DNA of 64,000 bases. Origin: Octopus sinensis (Eukaryota). The stretch's first letter is position 1. The number at the start of each line of letters is the position of its first letter. The DNA lies in the NCBI RefSeq assembly GCF_006345805.1, contig NC_043001.1, forward strand, positions 63,240,001 to 63,304,000, written 5' to 3'. The notes under the pieces were generated by a model. That model saw nothing but the letters and a program-made list of their open reading frames with translations, did not search any database and was not told where the DNA came from. This document shows, piece by piece, positions 26,331 through 40,200 of the stretch. The position numbers were made by a program, and so were the translations under genes.

Positions 26331-28324
26331 CAAATGATTTGTACTTACACTCCGAAGTGGTAATGTTTATATGCATCCATTACTGGTTGGATATCCTTGA
26401 TTTTTGTGCACTCCATCTGCCAACATTACAGCTATTATGTAATTCCAATCCCCCAGAAACAGCTGTTGGGTGTGATATACTATGCCCTCTCTCCTTAGTT
26501 TTCTGGGGTTTTTTTTTGTACTCCATGTAAGTTCGTTCTGTAAATATATAAATATCTATATGCTTATACGAGTGTTCTACTGATGAATATTTTCAGTTTT
26601 TGTTTCTCTCTCTCAATATATATATATAACCCTACATATATTTATATGTGTGCATGTATGAATGTATTCTTTTATTGGTTTCAGTCATTTGACTGCAGCC
26701 ATGCTGGAGCACTGCCTTTAGTCGAACAAATCAACCCTAGGACATATTCTTTGTAAGCCTAATATTATTCTATTGAACTCTTTTGCTAAGTTACAGGGAC
26801 ATAAAAGCACCAACATTGGTCGTCAAGTGATGTTGGGGATGACAGACACACAAATACACATACACATGACAGGCTTCTTTCAGTTTCTGTCTACCAAATC
26901 CACTCACAAGGCTTTGGTCGGCCCAAGGCTATAGTAGAAGACACTTGCCCAAGGAACCACGCAGTGGGACTGAACCCGGAAACCATGTGGTTGGGAGGCA
27001 AGCTTCTTACCACACTGCTACACCTGTGCCTATATATATATTTTATATGTTTGGTTGTGTGTATTTGTGGTAACAGTGCAGAAGTTCTGACAATAGTCTG
27101 AACTTGGGAGTTTGGAGTTAACTAATACTGCAAGACAAACCACATATTTTCAAGACAAACAACACATTTTGTTTTTCATGTAGTTAATAGCATTGAAGAC
27201 CTTTTAAAGTTTAGAAGTTACCTTATTTCTGTAAGGGTGATGCAACATAAATGAAGGTAACTTCCATTATAGCTGAATTGGAAACCATTTGGGAATAATA
27301 CTGTTCATCTTCTTCAGTAATTTCTATCAAGTCATGATGTCTTCAGTTGTCAATCTCAGGTTGTTATGACTGGAAGAAATGATGGGCAGTATTTGTAAGG
27401 ATTTGTGTAATATGAGTATAGTATCTGGAATTGTCAGAAAAAATAGAGATATCTGTATTGGTTGAAATATATCAATATTAGACAATGAAAACAGAAGAAA
27501 ATTTATGGAAGAATTTATGGAAGATTTTTAAAGTTGAATATTTTCAAATGAGTTATTTACATCAGTGAAAGCTCAGAATGGTTTTTACATTGTTCTCATG
27601 CTGAACCATCTAGCATTCAGATTACTCTGTCAAATGTAATACTTATTTATTCACATTGTTTTGAATTAATTATGCATAATCTCGTAGATTTGAGATTTTG
27701 ATTATCTGGTTGTTTATTCTTAGAATAACATTGCTTGGTAGGTGTGAGAAGCTGTATCTAACCAGTTTGAACATAAAACAAGTAGAATATTTTGGCCAGA
27801 TATGGCTGGTTTAAATGCTAATGATGATTACTACTAATACCTTCCCTCCCTCACTCACTCCCACCCTGTCTCTTTCTGTTTGTGTCTGTGTTTCTCTGTC
27901 TGTCTGTCTGTCTCTCTCAAATAAAACCATGATTTTATAAACAGATACTGTTTTGATAACTTTGGTGACAAATTTGATTAACTTACCTTTGCATTAATGA
28001 CCAATAATAGTTGTGTGGGAGAATATAATCAGCTTGGATTGAGAGATAACCCAACAATATTCTGTCAAAATAAGTGACTGTTCTCTGCTTATGAATTTCA
28101 ACATTTTGTGTCATTCAAATCTATTAATTTTCTAGGACCAACTGCTCACTCTATTTTCTTAGCTTCTGTTTCAGTAGTTAAAATTTTGTAATCGCTTCCA
28201 GACTCACTTACCTCACTAATTTTTTAGTATGTTTCAAGTGAAAAATCATATAAAGATGAAGTTGAATAGAATTCATTGAAAATAGTTTTGTTTTTCAGTG
28301 TTGATATTGTTGATATTATTCCAG

Positions 28325-28490
28325 GTTATTAAATGTGCGACCACATCAACCTAGAATAGTGCCAATGGGTCCTCCAATATCTTCAGTGGTGGATAAACAG
28401 AAAGTGGTTGACAACAATGCTCGTCGACTGGAAGTCTTAAGGAACTGCATCAATTTTATATTTGAAAATAAGATCTCAGATGCAAGAAAG
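28325..28490 (+). CDS. SBF2: SBF exon, (K)[55 protein letters not shown]
   Basis: ccag acceptor and gtaact donor. The ARRLEV.RNCI.FIFE.K motif is diagnostic of SBF1/SBF2. Phases 2 and 0 fit the neighbouring exons. Confidence 0.92.
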
Positions 28491-30090
28491 GTAACTATAT
28501 TCAGTATAGCCTGCACATAAATATTTTCCCATTAACATACTAAAGCTCCTTTCACTATATACTCACTATTAAATTGAAACTGTTGTGTGCTCGGGATGAA
28601 CTGATGACAGGAGTGTGTGGCCATGGCAACAGAAATAGTATTAATATCAAAAAGCTATCTTTATTCCTAACTTAACATAGATATTATATTAGAATACAGA
28701 CTACTGCATTATTCATCTTTCAAGGGGGGACTTCTCATATGGACTTGTGTTGTATAAAAGCACTAGTGTTTATATTGTTAACAGATGAGGGTAATAGAAA
28801 GGATATTATGTAGATGGTGGCCTTATTGATTTGAAGTGATGAGAGGTAGTATGACACTCATCTGATATTTGTGTATATTGGTAGGCCTGGTGGAAGAGAA
28901 AAGGATAGTTTAAGAAAAGATTTAGCTAGTGTATACAGTATAGAATGGGCAGCAAATCTGGATGTTTCCACCATGCGAGTACTCTTAACAAGCTAACATG
29001 GTGGAAAACTGATAGCAAGGAAGATGAGATCATTTTGATGAGGGATTAAAAATGACCAGCTGCAGTTTGGGAGATGAGAAAGATTGCACAGGTTATGCTA
29101 TGTATGGGTATATCTTTCATAGTTTGGGGAGTTTACTTTTTCGGAATTGTGGTGCTGAGGAAAAAAGGAAGATTTTTTGTAATGGTGGAGGATTTTCTCA
29201 AGTATTGTTAGCCCTTTTCTTTCTGAACAGCTGTGAGTGAACTAGCTGGAGGAATTGGGAGTTAGGTTTGAGTACGGATTGGTGAGGAAGTTGCTTAGTA
29301 CAGTGATTTCAGTCACCTACCTACCTTTTCCTGAAAGATTGGTTGAAATGCATTTGCTACCAGAGACTTGATGTAGAATTGGCAGAGCTCAGAGAGATGG
29401 AGTGAGGGAATATAGTGTAGTATGTGACTGTGTAGTGGATTGTGGTGATGAGGCATTGGTCAAAGCAACTGATTAGTGCAGAGATGATGGTGATTTGAAG
29501 GCAAGAAAGAGATCAAAGGTGTTAGGAAGAGCTATTTGTGTGTTAGTCAGGGAAATGTATAGAGATGAAACTAATAGATGTAGAAGTAATGGCACCAATA
29601 TGGGATGTGTGTGAAAGCCACAAAGAATTGTGAGCATTGAAGCCAGTGATGATGATGACTTCAGAGAAGGTGAAGTGAGATAGATATTCTTGACATGATT
29701 GATGAGTTTTTGTTGTTTTGAGAGCAGTGGAGGAAGCAAATGTATTTGCAGTGGTAGAAGAGAGGAAATGTGGAAGTATTTGATGCTGATATTTAGGTTA
29801 GTGACAGGTTGAGTGGAATTTACACATGTATAGACTCCATCTTTCAGAGTGAGGTTTGAGTATCGAGTATAGTTACAATATCATCCTGTGTGGTCCAAAT
29901 GTTTGATTCTGCATCTCTCTCTCTCTCTCCCTCCTTTATTCTTACATTCTTCTACTTCTTCATTTTTGATATATAATTAAGAAAATACTTCGAGATTCCG
30001 CATGATTTAATTTGAATTTTTTAGCAACAGGTTTTCTTTGTGGAGTGGTATTCAAAACTGTTGTCAATTGTAAAACTTTCTTCTTTTCAG

Positions 30091-30240
30091 ATTTTCCCAG
30101 CTGTCCTGCGTGCTTTGAATAATAAAGTGGCTCGACTTGCTTTGACCCAAGAACTTAGTTACCATATTCAGAGCAACAGAGCAATGCTGGAACACCAGCA
30201 GTTTGATTTAGTAGTGCGACTTCTCAACTGTGCATTACAG
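30091..30240 (+). CDS. SBF2: SBF exon, [50 protein letters not shown]
   Basis: Polypyrimidine tract plus ttcag acceptor, gtaaat donor, 150 nt, phase 0/0. Matches [11 protein letters not shown]...HQQFD..VR..NC.LQ. Confidence 0.93.
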
Positions 30241-30683
30241 GTAAATGACATTCATGTATGTGTGTGTGTGTATTTATTCATAAACTTTCTTTTGCTTCTT
30301 TAGTCATTGGACTGTAACCATGCTGTGGTACTGCCTTGAAAGGTTTTAGTTGGACAGATCAACCTAAGTATGTATGGTTTTGTTTTTTAAAGTTGGCATC
30401 TATTCTATCATCTCTTTTGGCGAACCACTAGGGAGATGTAAACAAACCAACACCAGTTGTCAAGCAGTGTATGTAGGGGTGACAAACATAAAGACACACA
30501 CATAGACATATAACACACACACATGGCAGGCTTTCACACAGTTTCCATCTACCAAAAAATTTACTCACAAGGCACAGGTTGACCTGAAGCTAGAGTGGAA
30601 AACAGTTGCCCAAAGTGCCACACTGTGGGATTGTACCTGAAACTACTTGGTTGCAAAGTGTGCTTCTTAACTGCATGGCCATG

Positions 30684-30739
<56 letters not shown>

Positions 30740-31080
30740 CGAACACACATACACAATGTATGTGCTTTGCTTGTTTTCCAGTTGGCTGTTATTTAATGTG
30801 AAGGAGAATACTGTCTCGAAGCACTGGGTATTAAAACACTTGAAAGTCGTAATCATAGAGAGATGAGACAACTCATCCCAAGTCCTGTTCAGGAGCAATG
30901 AACATCAATGTTTTGATAATAAGCCACAAAAAATGTGAAACATCAATGTTCATTGCTCCTGAATGGGGCTTGGTGTGAGTTGCCTTGCCTGTCTTATGAC
31001 TATGACTTTCAGGTGTTTTAACACCTGGCACTTTGAGAAAGTCATCTCCAAGGCATCAAATTGCAGAGTTATTGGCTATA

Positions 31081-31890
31081 TGAGGGGGTACCCAAAAGTA
31101 ACTGGAAACATTCTCTGTGAGACAAACCCATTGTAGTTCAGGCTTCCACTGCTAGAAGACACTTGATGTGACCCTCAGGCATCAGTATACCAACTGGTAT
31201 CATCAAGTGTAGTTCTGCTGCCATGTGGTGCATCTTTGCTTTGCAGTGCTTCTCTCCTGTTCATCGATTTTTGTGATAGCTGAAATGAAGGAACAGTGTG
31301 CTTCCATGAAATTCTGTTTTTTGCTAAGGAAACTGGTGGCTGAAACAGTTGTCATGCTTCTAACAGCTTACAAGGATGCTGTGCCATGAGAAAAACAAGT
31401 TTATAAGTGGTTTTCACACTTTAGGAATGGTCTCTTGTTGTTTGAAGACCAGCTTTGCTCAGGGCATCCGTCAACCTCCCAAACAAATGAAAACAGCACA
31501 AAAATTCATGAAGCGATTTTGAAGGACCATCACTGAACAATCGAAAAACTTGTTGATATGACTGTTGTGTCCTGGAGCTCCTGCCAGTGAATTTTGAGTG
31601 TGGAATTGCTAATGAAAAGAGTTGCAACAAAATTTGTGCCTCAGTTGCTCATAGAAGATCAAAAGCAGTCACTGCTATATGCATGTCACAAACTGAAAGA
31701 ACAGTTGGAAATTGATCCAGACTTTTTTTAAAGGTCATCTCTGGTGATGAAAGCTGGTGCTGCAGAATTTGAAGATGTGGAATAGGTGAAGTAAAATGAC
31801 AGAGGTGTTAAAAGGCATCACCTTGCAAGAGTTCCAGCACTGCTTTGAACAGTGGAAAATGAGTCTGGATCGATGCATTGCTTCAAATTA
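31081..31890 (+). mobile_element. Mariner-like transposon remnant, internally deleted
   Basis: TA followed by TIR-like tgagggggtacccaaaagtaactggaa. Remnants MKFCFLL.K..AET..ML, VYKWF..F.NG, ED..RSG.PST and TGDESW-like ctggtgatgaaagctgg. Confidence 0.7.
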
Positions 31891-32352
31891 AATAGATAAA
31901 TTAAATAGAGATGTACTATTGACAATCCAATAATTTATTCATATTATATTACATGATATACTATGAATATAATATAACAATATATTATATAGCATAAACA
32001 ATTATTAAAAAAAACCCATAAAAATCCAACAAGTTGTTTCATTTTATATACATTTTCTGATATACATACACAATAACACTTCCCTTCTAGATAAGTCACT
32101 TCAGGGTCATGGTTTAAAGATAGACGAAATTCCATGTGAAAGGACAGCTGGGTTGTAGAAATTAATTCAAATGTCTATGTATTATGAGCATGGGCGTTAA
32201 CTATTCAATCATACATCAGTTACAATTAAAAAACAACAAAAACACTCTAATGGATGATACAACTAAGTGCAATCCACAATCATCGAAATTCACTTCATTA
32301 CATCTCAAACACATTCCAGTATACACATATGTCTATGGAAGTCTCTATATTC

Positions 32353-32975
32353 GTATGTATGTATGTATGTATGTATGTATGTATGTATGTATGTATGTAT
32401 GTATGTATGTATGTATGTATGTATGTATGTATGTATGTATGTATGTATGTATGTATGTATGTATGTATGTATGTATGTATGTATGTATGTATGTATGTAT
32501 GTATGTATGTATGTATGTATGTATGTATGTATGTATGTATGTATGTATGTATGTATGTGTATGTATGTATGTATGTATGTATGTATGTATGTATGTATGT
32601 ATGTATGTATGTATGTATGTATGTATGTGTATGTATGTATGTATGTATGTATGTATGTATGTATGTATGTATGTATGTATGTATGTATGTATGTATGTAT
32701 GTATGTATGTATGTATGTATGTATGTATGTATGTATGTATGTATGTATGTATGTATGTATGTATGTATGTATGTATGTATGTATGTATGTATGTATGTAT
32801 GTATGTATGTATGTATGTATGTATGTATGTATGTATGTATGTATGTATGTATGTATGTATGTATGTATGTATGTATGTATGTATGTATGTATGTATGTAT
32901 GTATGTATGTACGTATGTATGTATGTATGTACGTACGTACGTACGTACGTACGTACGTACGTACGTACGTACGTA

Positions 32976-33015
<40 letters not shown>

Positions 33016-33024
33016 CGTACGTAT
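32353..33024. repeat. Long tetranucleotide microsatellite (GTAT)n grading into (GTAC)n and then (GCAC)n
   Basis: Directly visible. Confidence 0.97.
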
Positions 33025-33835
33025 TGTTAATGCAGATATATGTGTCTATATATGTATATATGTATGTGAATGTATATATATATGCATATATTGTATCACT
33101 ATGTAAACATATGTAATCATATGGCTATTTGTATTTGTGCGTAAATGGATTTGTATATATATCTGGATGTGAGTGTATCTATATGCATGTATGTGTTTTT
33201 ACATGTACATGTATGTGTATGTATGTATGTATATATATATGTATGTATATATGTATATCTGTGTGTGTAGATATGTATATACATGAGTGAGTATTGTTAT
33301 CTCAATCTGTATAATAATTTAATTTCAAAAATTGATTATTAGTGGACCAATTCTGAATTGCTTCACTTTAGTGCATATTTTTGTAGTTACTGTTAAATTT
33401 ACCATTATATTTGTATTTAATATTAATCACATATCACAAATAAGATGTCTTCATTTTACTAAATAAATGGGTGCATAAATACACTTATTTTATTTATTAA
33501 TTAATTGATGATAATTATAATAATAATAATAATGATGATTATAAAAAATAGTTTCATTTGACTTACTAAATAAATTTAATAATCAAAATAATAATTATTA
33601 TAGTATTGTATAATTTATAAATTGTATTCTTATTACTGTAATGTTGTTTGTTACTTCTGAAAGTATTGATAGAGTTTGGATATGCACCAAGTATGGTCCC
33701 TCATTTTGTAAATAATAATATTAATTAGTTCATTGAGAACAGTTCTTATTACTTGTTTGGTTTATATTAATGATTTCTATCGTTTCACTAAATTCTCCCT
33801 TCTATAATATACCAATAACAATCATTATTTACTTC

Positions 33836-34406
33836 TAGTGCCTTATAATTTAACACACTCACTGGTAAAATTTTCACTCATTTACTGATTTATTTTTCTA
33901 AAATTTTCATTGCATTTTGCAACCTTTTCAATAGTTGTTGACTCTATCAGTAATTGAAGCTGTGTTCTTTTTGTTTGTTTGTGCCCATGTGTGTGGGTCA
34001 GTGTGTGTGTGTGCATACACATGCATGCATGTATGTATGTATACATGCATGCATGTGTGTGTATGCATGTATGTGCATGTGCATATATGTGTGTTTTTGT
34101 ATGTGTGTAGTCTACCTGCATAGTCATGTGTTTGTGTCCGTGTTTTTGTGTGTGTGTACCTTGTGTGTGCATGTCTGAGTGTGTGTGTGTGTGTGTGTGT
34201 GTGGGTTGCAACTATGTACTGTGCCTGTATGTATCAATGTGTATCTCCATGTGTTCTTGTGTGAAGTGAATTGTGTGTGTATATATATAGCCATGCATTT
34301 CAGTCTCCATTTGTGTATGTGTGTTTGTCTGTTCATATAACCTATGTACCTATCTGTCTGTACATCTATCTGTTTACATTCAATTCCATATGCCTACATA
34401 CATGTG

Positions 34407-34468
<62 letters not shown>

Positions 34469-36429
34469 CACTCACACATACTTACATCTATCTACATAAC
34501 AGCCCACTAACTATTCTACTCTACCTGTGGGTATGGTGGTATGATATCTACTATGTATATTTCCTACTTAGTACTGGGGATGTTTCATTTATGAGGATGT
34601 GCTCCTGTATTTGTCTTAGCAGAACAGTCTGTACTCCTGTATTCCCTTAGCAGAACAGTCCACAACTCTTTTATTCTACAGTAGGTATGTAGATGACATT
34701 AATATCATAGTTAAGACCAACTCTAGTAACTGTAATATAGAAACTGAGAGGAATGTAATGGAGAGAATCCAGCAAGTAGCTAACTCCATCCACCAAAGTA
34801 TCAAGGTAACTATAGATTACCCCAACAATAGACTTCCCTTCCTTGATACTGAACTTTGGTTAGAGACTGTGAACAGCAGAGTGCAGCTCCTCCCCTCCTA
34901 TTACATGAAACCCATAGCTATTCACAAGAGCTCAGGTTTGTTACACAACATAAAAATAAACATACTGATAGAAGACTTAGTTAGGATAATGAACAATGTG
35001 TCCCCACTATGCATACCCTATGAAATGAAGAAACATGTACAGAACTTCATGCACTGCATGCAATTCTCTAGATATGATCAGAAAGATAGGGTTTGAGTAT
35101 ACAGGGGTGCTAGAAAGAAATTAGATAACATTATACGTAATGATACCAGTGGTACCTGCCCTAGATATAGAAACAAAGACTGGAATAGGATACAAAGAAC
35201 TTGTGACAAAGCAAGCAGGGTGAACATGTGGTATGAAACTGACAAATATCAAGGAGTGATGTTTGTAGAGGCCACAACCCATGGACAGCTAACCCATAGA
35301 TTTAGGCAAGCTCTGAAGGAGACCAAACTCAACATTAAGATTGTTGAAAAGCTAGAGAAATCCATCAGATCATAACTATATAGGACATACCCCTTTGAGA
35401 ATACCATATGATCCAATGATAACTGTGTGGTATGTAGAATTAGCCCTGGTATTAACTGTAGAACTAGAAATGTAGCTTACTGTATAAGATGCATAGAAGG
35501 TGCTTGTAAAGACACAAACATAACATACATAGGGGAGACATCTAGGAGCATTGCAGAAAGACTAAATGAACATTTGTGACAAAATGACGACAAAAAACCG
35601 TTGCCTGTACTCTAACCAACATGTCCAAGACCAACATGTAGGCAACCAGGGTCAACTTGTCATCTGCATTTTATTCTAGAAACCAAATGACCCAACACTC
35701 AGAAAAATACAGGTGTATGTCCTCATAAATGAAACATCCCCAGTATTAAATAGGAAATATACATAGTAGATATCATACCACCATACCCACAGGTAGAGTA
35801 GAATAATTAGTGGGCTGTTTATGTAGATAGATGTATGTATATGTGAGTGTGGGTGTGTTTATATGTATATGCACATGTATGTAGGCATATAGATATGAAT
35901 GTAAACAGATAGACATCCTGACAGATAGGCACTTAGGTTATATGAACAGATATACACAAATGAAGACTGAAACGCATGACCATATATACACACACACACT
36001 TCACTTCACACATGGACACATATGGAAACACATGTCCACGCATATGGAAATATACATCTATACATACAGACACAGTACATAGTTGCAAAAAACCCCCACA
36101 CATACACACACACACTAAGACATGCACACACAAGGAGACAGAGGTACACACTCACACATGCAAACACACATACACACACAAACACATGAATATGATAGGC
36201 AGAATACGTATATAGAAACGTACACTCACACATACATATGTAAATATGCATACACACACACACGCTGACCCACACACATGTGCACAAACAAACAAAAAGA
36301 ACACAGCTTCAATAACAGATAGAGTCAACAACAACTGAAAAGGTTGCAAGACACAATGAAAATTTTAGAAAAAAAAAAAGTAAATGAGTGAAAACTTTAC
36401 TGGTGAGTGTGTTAAATATTAAGGCACTA
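33836..36429 (+). mobile_element. 5'-truncated Penelope-like element (end of RT plus GIY-YIG endonuclease) with inverted pseudo-LTR arms
   Basis: RYVDDINI at about 34685, LPFLDTEL, NVAYCIRC...YIGETSRSIAERLNEH and NDPTLRKIQ..VLINETSPVLNRK. Segment 33836-34620 is an inverted, diverged copy of 35700-36429. Confidence 0.82.
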
Positions 36430-36885
36430 AAAAAGAATGCCTCTTCCCAGATATAACAGAATATGCTTCAACACATGAACTCACATAATATATCTTGCAA
36501 ACCAAATCCCCAAACTAAATCATTATTTAAGTAACTTCAAATCTGGTTCTGCTAAAAAATTAGTAAATTTGATTTCCATTACTATAGCCTAAATATATAT
36601 CTATGGGGTACTTGGGTTATCGTATTTACAGCCTTAAGTTTATATTAATGTTTATTACTGAATTCTCCCTGTAATAAACTAAGTAAACCAGGAAGAAAAA
36701 AAGTTTTTAGGCTTCTATTCATATCTACTATGGAATTATCCCTCCGAGAAAACAATAAATATAGAAGATTATTATTAGTTAATTCAAACAATAATTTTTT
36801 TTTATATCAATTAATTTAAATAAATAAATGAGTTGTATTGAGGATGTTTTTTGTTGCAGTTATACATAGGGGAAGACTTAGATAC

Positions 36886-36923
<38 letters not shown>

Positions 36924-37279
36924 TATAAAATAATATGTTACATTACTCGATAGTCAAGATAAAACTGAGTTTCAGATGCCGAAGTGGGAATCCACGACAT
37001 CTCTTCGGTTATCTGGCTATTTGAAAACGCTATGAAAAAATACTGTTATACAAAGGGAAATTACTGTGTTATAACTCTGCTTGCCTGCGTACTTATACAT
37101 CGCTCGCATTTTTCGCCATAAAAATTATATAAAAATACATAAAAAATATATAAAAAATATATATAAAAATATACATAAAATATATGATAGAAGGTGTGAT
37201 GAGGTAAAAAAACCCTCTTGGGACATAACATAGAAAGCATGTTCTATCTGTTTTCTTTAGGTGACCAAAAACGTAACAG

Positions 37280-40200
37280 AAATTTAGTCACATGTGGGCA
37301 TGATCCGAAAAGTTCTGTCCTTGTGTTTAGATATGTAGTAGGGTCTAAGCTGCTTTTCCAGGTCTCTCAGGTTCATCGGGAGGATCTTGAAGAGCTGTGG
37401 GCCTCGGAAGCCCAGGCTATCACAGAATCTTGTCCTACATCTTGATGGCAAGTTTGGAGTCCTAGGCACCACGCAGTGGCGCCCAGTTCTGGCGTTTGCG
37501 TAACTCTCGATGCCAAAGTTCAGGACACTTCCCTCCAGGATCTTCCAGATGTATATTNNNNNNNNNNNNNNNNNNNNNNNNNNNNNNNNNNNNNNNNNNN
37601 NNNNNNNNNNNNNNNNNNNNNNNNNNNNNNNNNNNNNNNNNNNNNNNNNNNNNNNNNGGGTTCTGTATTGCCTGTGAAACTTTTGTATCATCTGCATAAC
37701 TTGTGATCGTGGCTCTCTGCGTGGCTGAGGGCATGTCTGAGAGGGCCATTATGAACAGTAGTGGTCCCAAGAACAGTGCCCTGCGGAACACCGCTCACTA
37801 TTTGTGTGTAATGGAGGTGGCCCCATTGGCTACTACCACCTGACTGCTATCCTTCAGAAAGTCATGAAGCCATTCTCCCAGTTTTCCAACTATGTTGAGA
37901 TCACGCAGTTTGTGACATATCATTCCATGATCGACTTTATCAAAGGCCTTTGCAAAGTCGAGATATATCACTTCCACATTTGAGTGGCTGAGCAGCCGTT
38001 TCAGCACCCAGTCATAGTGTTGTAGGAGCTGAGTTAAACAGCTTCTCCCTGGTCGGAAACCATGTTGGGTGTCGGGCAGCAAGTCATTCTCTTCAAGGAA
38101 GGTGATCAGCTTCCTTCTGACTATTCGTTCCATGACCTTGCTGATGTGTGAGGTCAGAGAGATAGGTCTATAGTTCTTGGCTTCCGCTCTGCTACCTCCT
38201 TTATGAATGGGGCATATTTTACCTTCCTTCTGTTTTCCTGGAAGTTTGCCAGTTGCAAGGAAGCTCTGAAAGAGGAACTGTAGTGGTCTTGCTAGGACTC
38301 TCTTACATGCTTTTAGGAGGATTGCCGGGAATCCATCGGGGCCAGTAGCTGAGTCTGTTTTCATTTCATCTATAGCCTTGGTTACATCGTCTTCTTTATA
38401 TCGATGTAATCTATACGTCGCCGCCTCTGATTTTATATCTGCAGTGGTAAAAAAGTCAGTTGGATTGGTGATTTGGAGATGCCCAAGGGGTGGAGTGAAA
38501 CACTCTTGAATTGCTCATCAGTATTTCACTTACCCTCACTGGTTTCCTGTAAGTGTGCCATCCTTTTCGCGGAGTGGCCCTATTCTACAGTGCACTGTAG
38601 CTGTTTCTTTGGCATACCTGTAGAAAGCTCTGGGGTTAGATTTTATGTTTTCTATAGCCCAGGCTTCTTGTCTGCTCTTTCTTTTTCATGGGAGAGTTGC
38701 AGACATTTTTCGATTTCCAACAGTTTTATTTTTAGGGGGACTTTTCACTGCTTTCAATTTGTTGTTTAGGCGATTTGAAAAATTCGTACGCCGTCTCATT
38801 AAAATTTTCCTCTCTCTGGGGATTGTTCTTGTGTACAGTGGGCCTTTCTCTCTGGGACACATTTGTAGCATATGGCTTGCATTACAGACATGAATGTTGA
38901 AGTTTCACGTCGATGTCTGCCGCGAGGAGAGACATTTAGGCCAGTTTTGTTTGAGGATCTCTTTCTCAATTTGTTTCCAGTTTGCCTTATGGTAGTTCAA
39001 GCTGGAAAGATTTTGAGGGTTTTTGTAGGCTGCATGTCCGTGCTCTCTTTGGGCCCGTACATGGTCAGCTCTATCATGTTGTGATCCGAGAGTAGTGTCG
39101 GTGTCACTTTCACATTATGGATGAGATCCATGTCATTTGTGAAGCAGAGATCCAGTGTGTTACCTGCCTGGTTGGTTGGAGTATTACCTGCTCCATGTAC
39201 AGGGTGTTGATGAGGTTCAGGAGGGACCTCGCCTGTCCTCGTTCACATCTTGTCATTCCTGGGAGAGAAAGGCCCTCGGGCCATCTGACATTGGGCAGAT
39301 TGAAGTCTCCCATAAGAAGCACACCTATGTGTTGTTCTAATATGGTTAGAATTTCTTCTTTTTATAAGGCAGTCTTCAAACTTGCCCACATGGCTTGGGG
39401 CATCTGGAGGGCGATATGTAGCACACACAACTACATCAAGTTGCCTAATATGTACAATAGTGTGTCACACACCGAGTTTGAGTATGACAAGAGGACCTGG
39501 GGTGTGGAGGTCCTCACGGATGTACATAGCAACACCTCCATGACTCCTTCCTCCTGTCGGTCCGTCCGTAGTACAGCATACTGTGGTATGTGTAACTCCG
39601 CATCTGCTATGTCCGGTTTCAGGTGCGTTTTCTGTAAGTGCTATGCATAAGGCTTGATTGCATGCAAAAGTCTCTCAGGAACGGGATCTTTGTCCTGTTA
39701 CTGAGTGTTTGCAGTCCTCTGATGTTCAGTAGGAGTATTGAGGTGAGGTGTACGTTGTTGCGGCCGGGTTGTCCATCCTGTGTCTGTTTGCTGTGTGTGG
39801 TCTGGTATATAGTGGGTAGTCCCACCTGCGGGCTTGGGTTTGATGAAGCCAGGTCAGCTGCTGTACAATCTTTTGTGCCATGCACAAAAAAGATTGTTGC
39901 TCAGCAGCTGCTCTTTCGACAACATCATGTTGGCTGTTTGTGGCGCACACAACATCTGCGTACCTCCGCTTTGGGGCAGGTGGTGCGTAGTCCATCCTTT
40001 TCTTTGTGTTGATGGTTTGTCCATCTGCCTCGTGTCTCTGTGGCAGGGTCCCCGATGTGCAAAGCGGCAGCCTGCACCTTCCTTTCCGTGCCAGCCAGGA
40101 ACCTCCCAGTAAACATACACACCCGTGTGCGCTGTTTGGTTCCATCCTTGCGGGTTCCACTTCTACTCCTGGTTGTTTCTCTCTTTGGTCCTGCTTGAGC

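Noticed and set aside
26570-26600. CTGATGA next to a Penelope-like fragment
   Set aside because: No stem II, GAAA or stem III in register, so it is not a supportable hammerhead.
28590-28640. CTGATGA...GAAA spacing resembling a hammerhead
   Set aside because: Stem I and stem II do not pair.
32184-33116. Long ORFs of 220-310 aa (MYVC/HTYI repeats) on both strands
   Set aside because: They are translations of the stop-free (GTAT)n microsatellite.
36974-37018. Hairpin cagatgccgaag...cttcggttatctg
   Set aside because: A single 12-bp imperfect stem with no supporting context; it may belong to an unidentified repeat.
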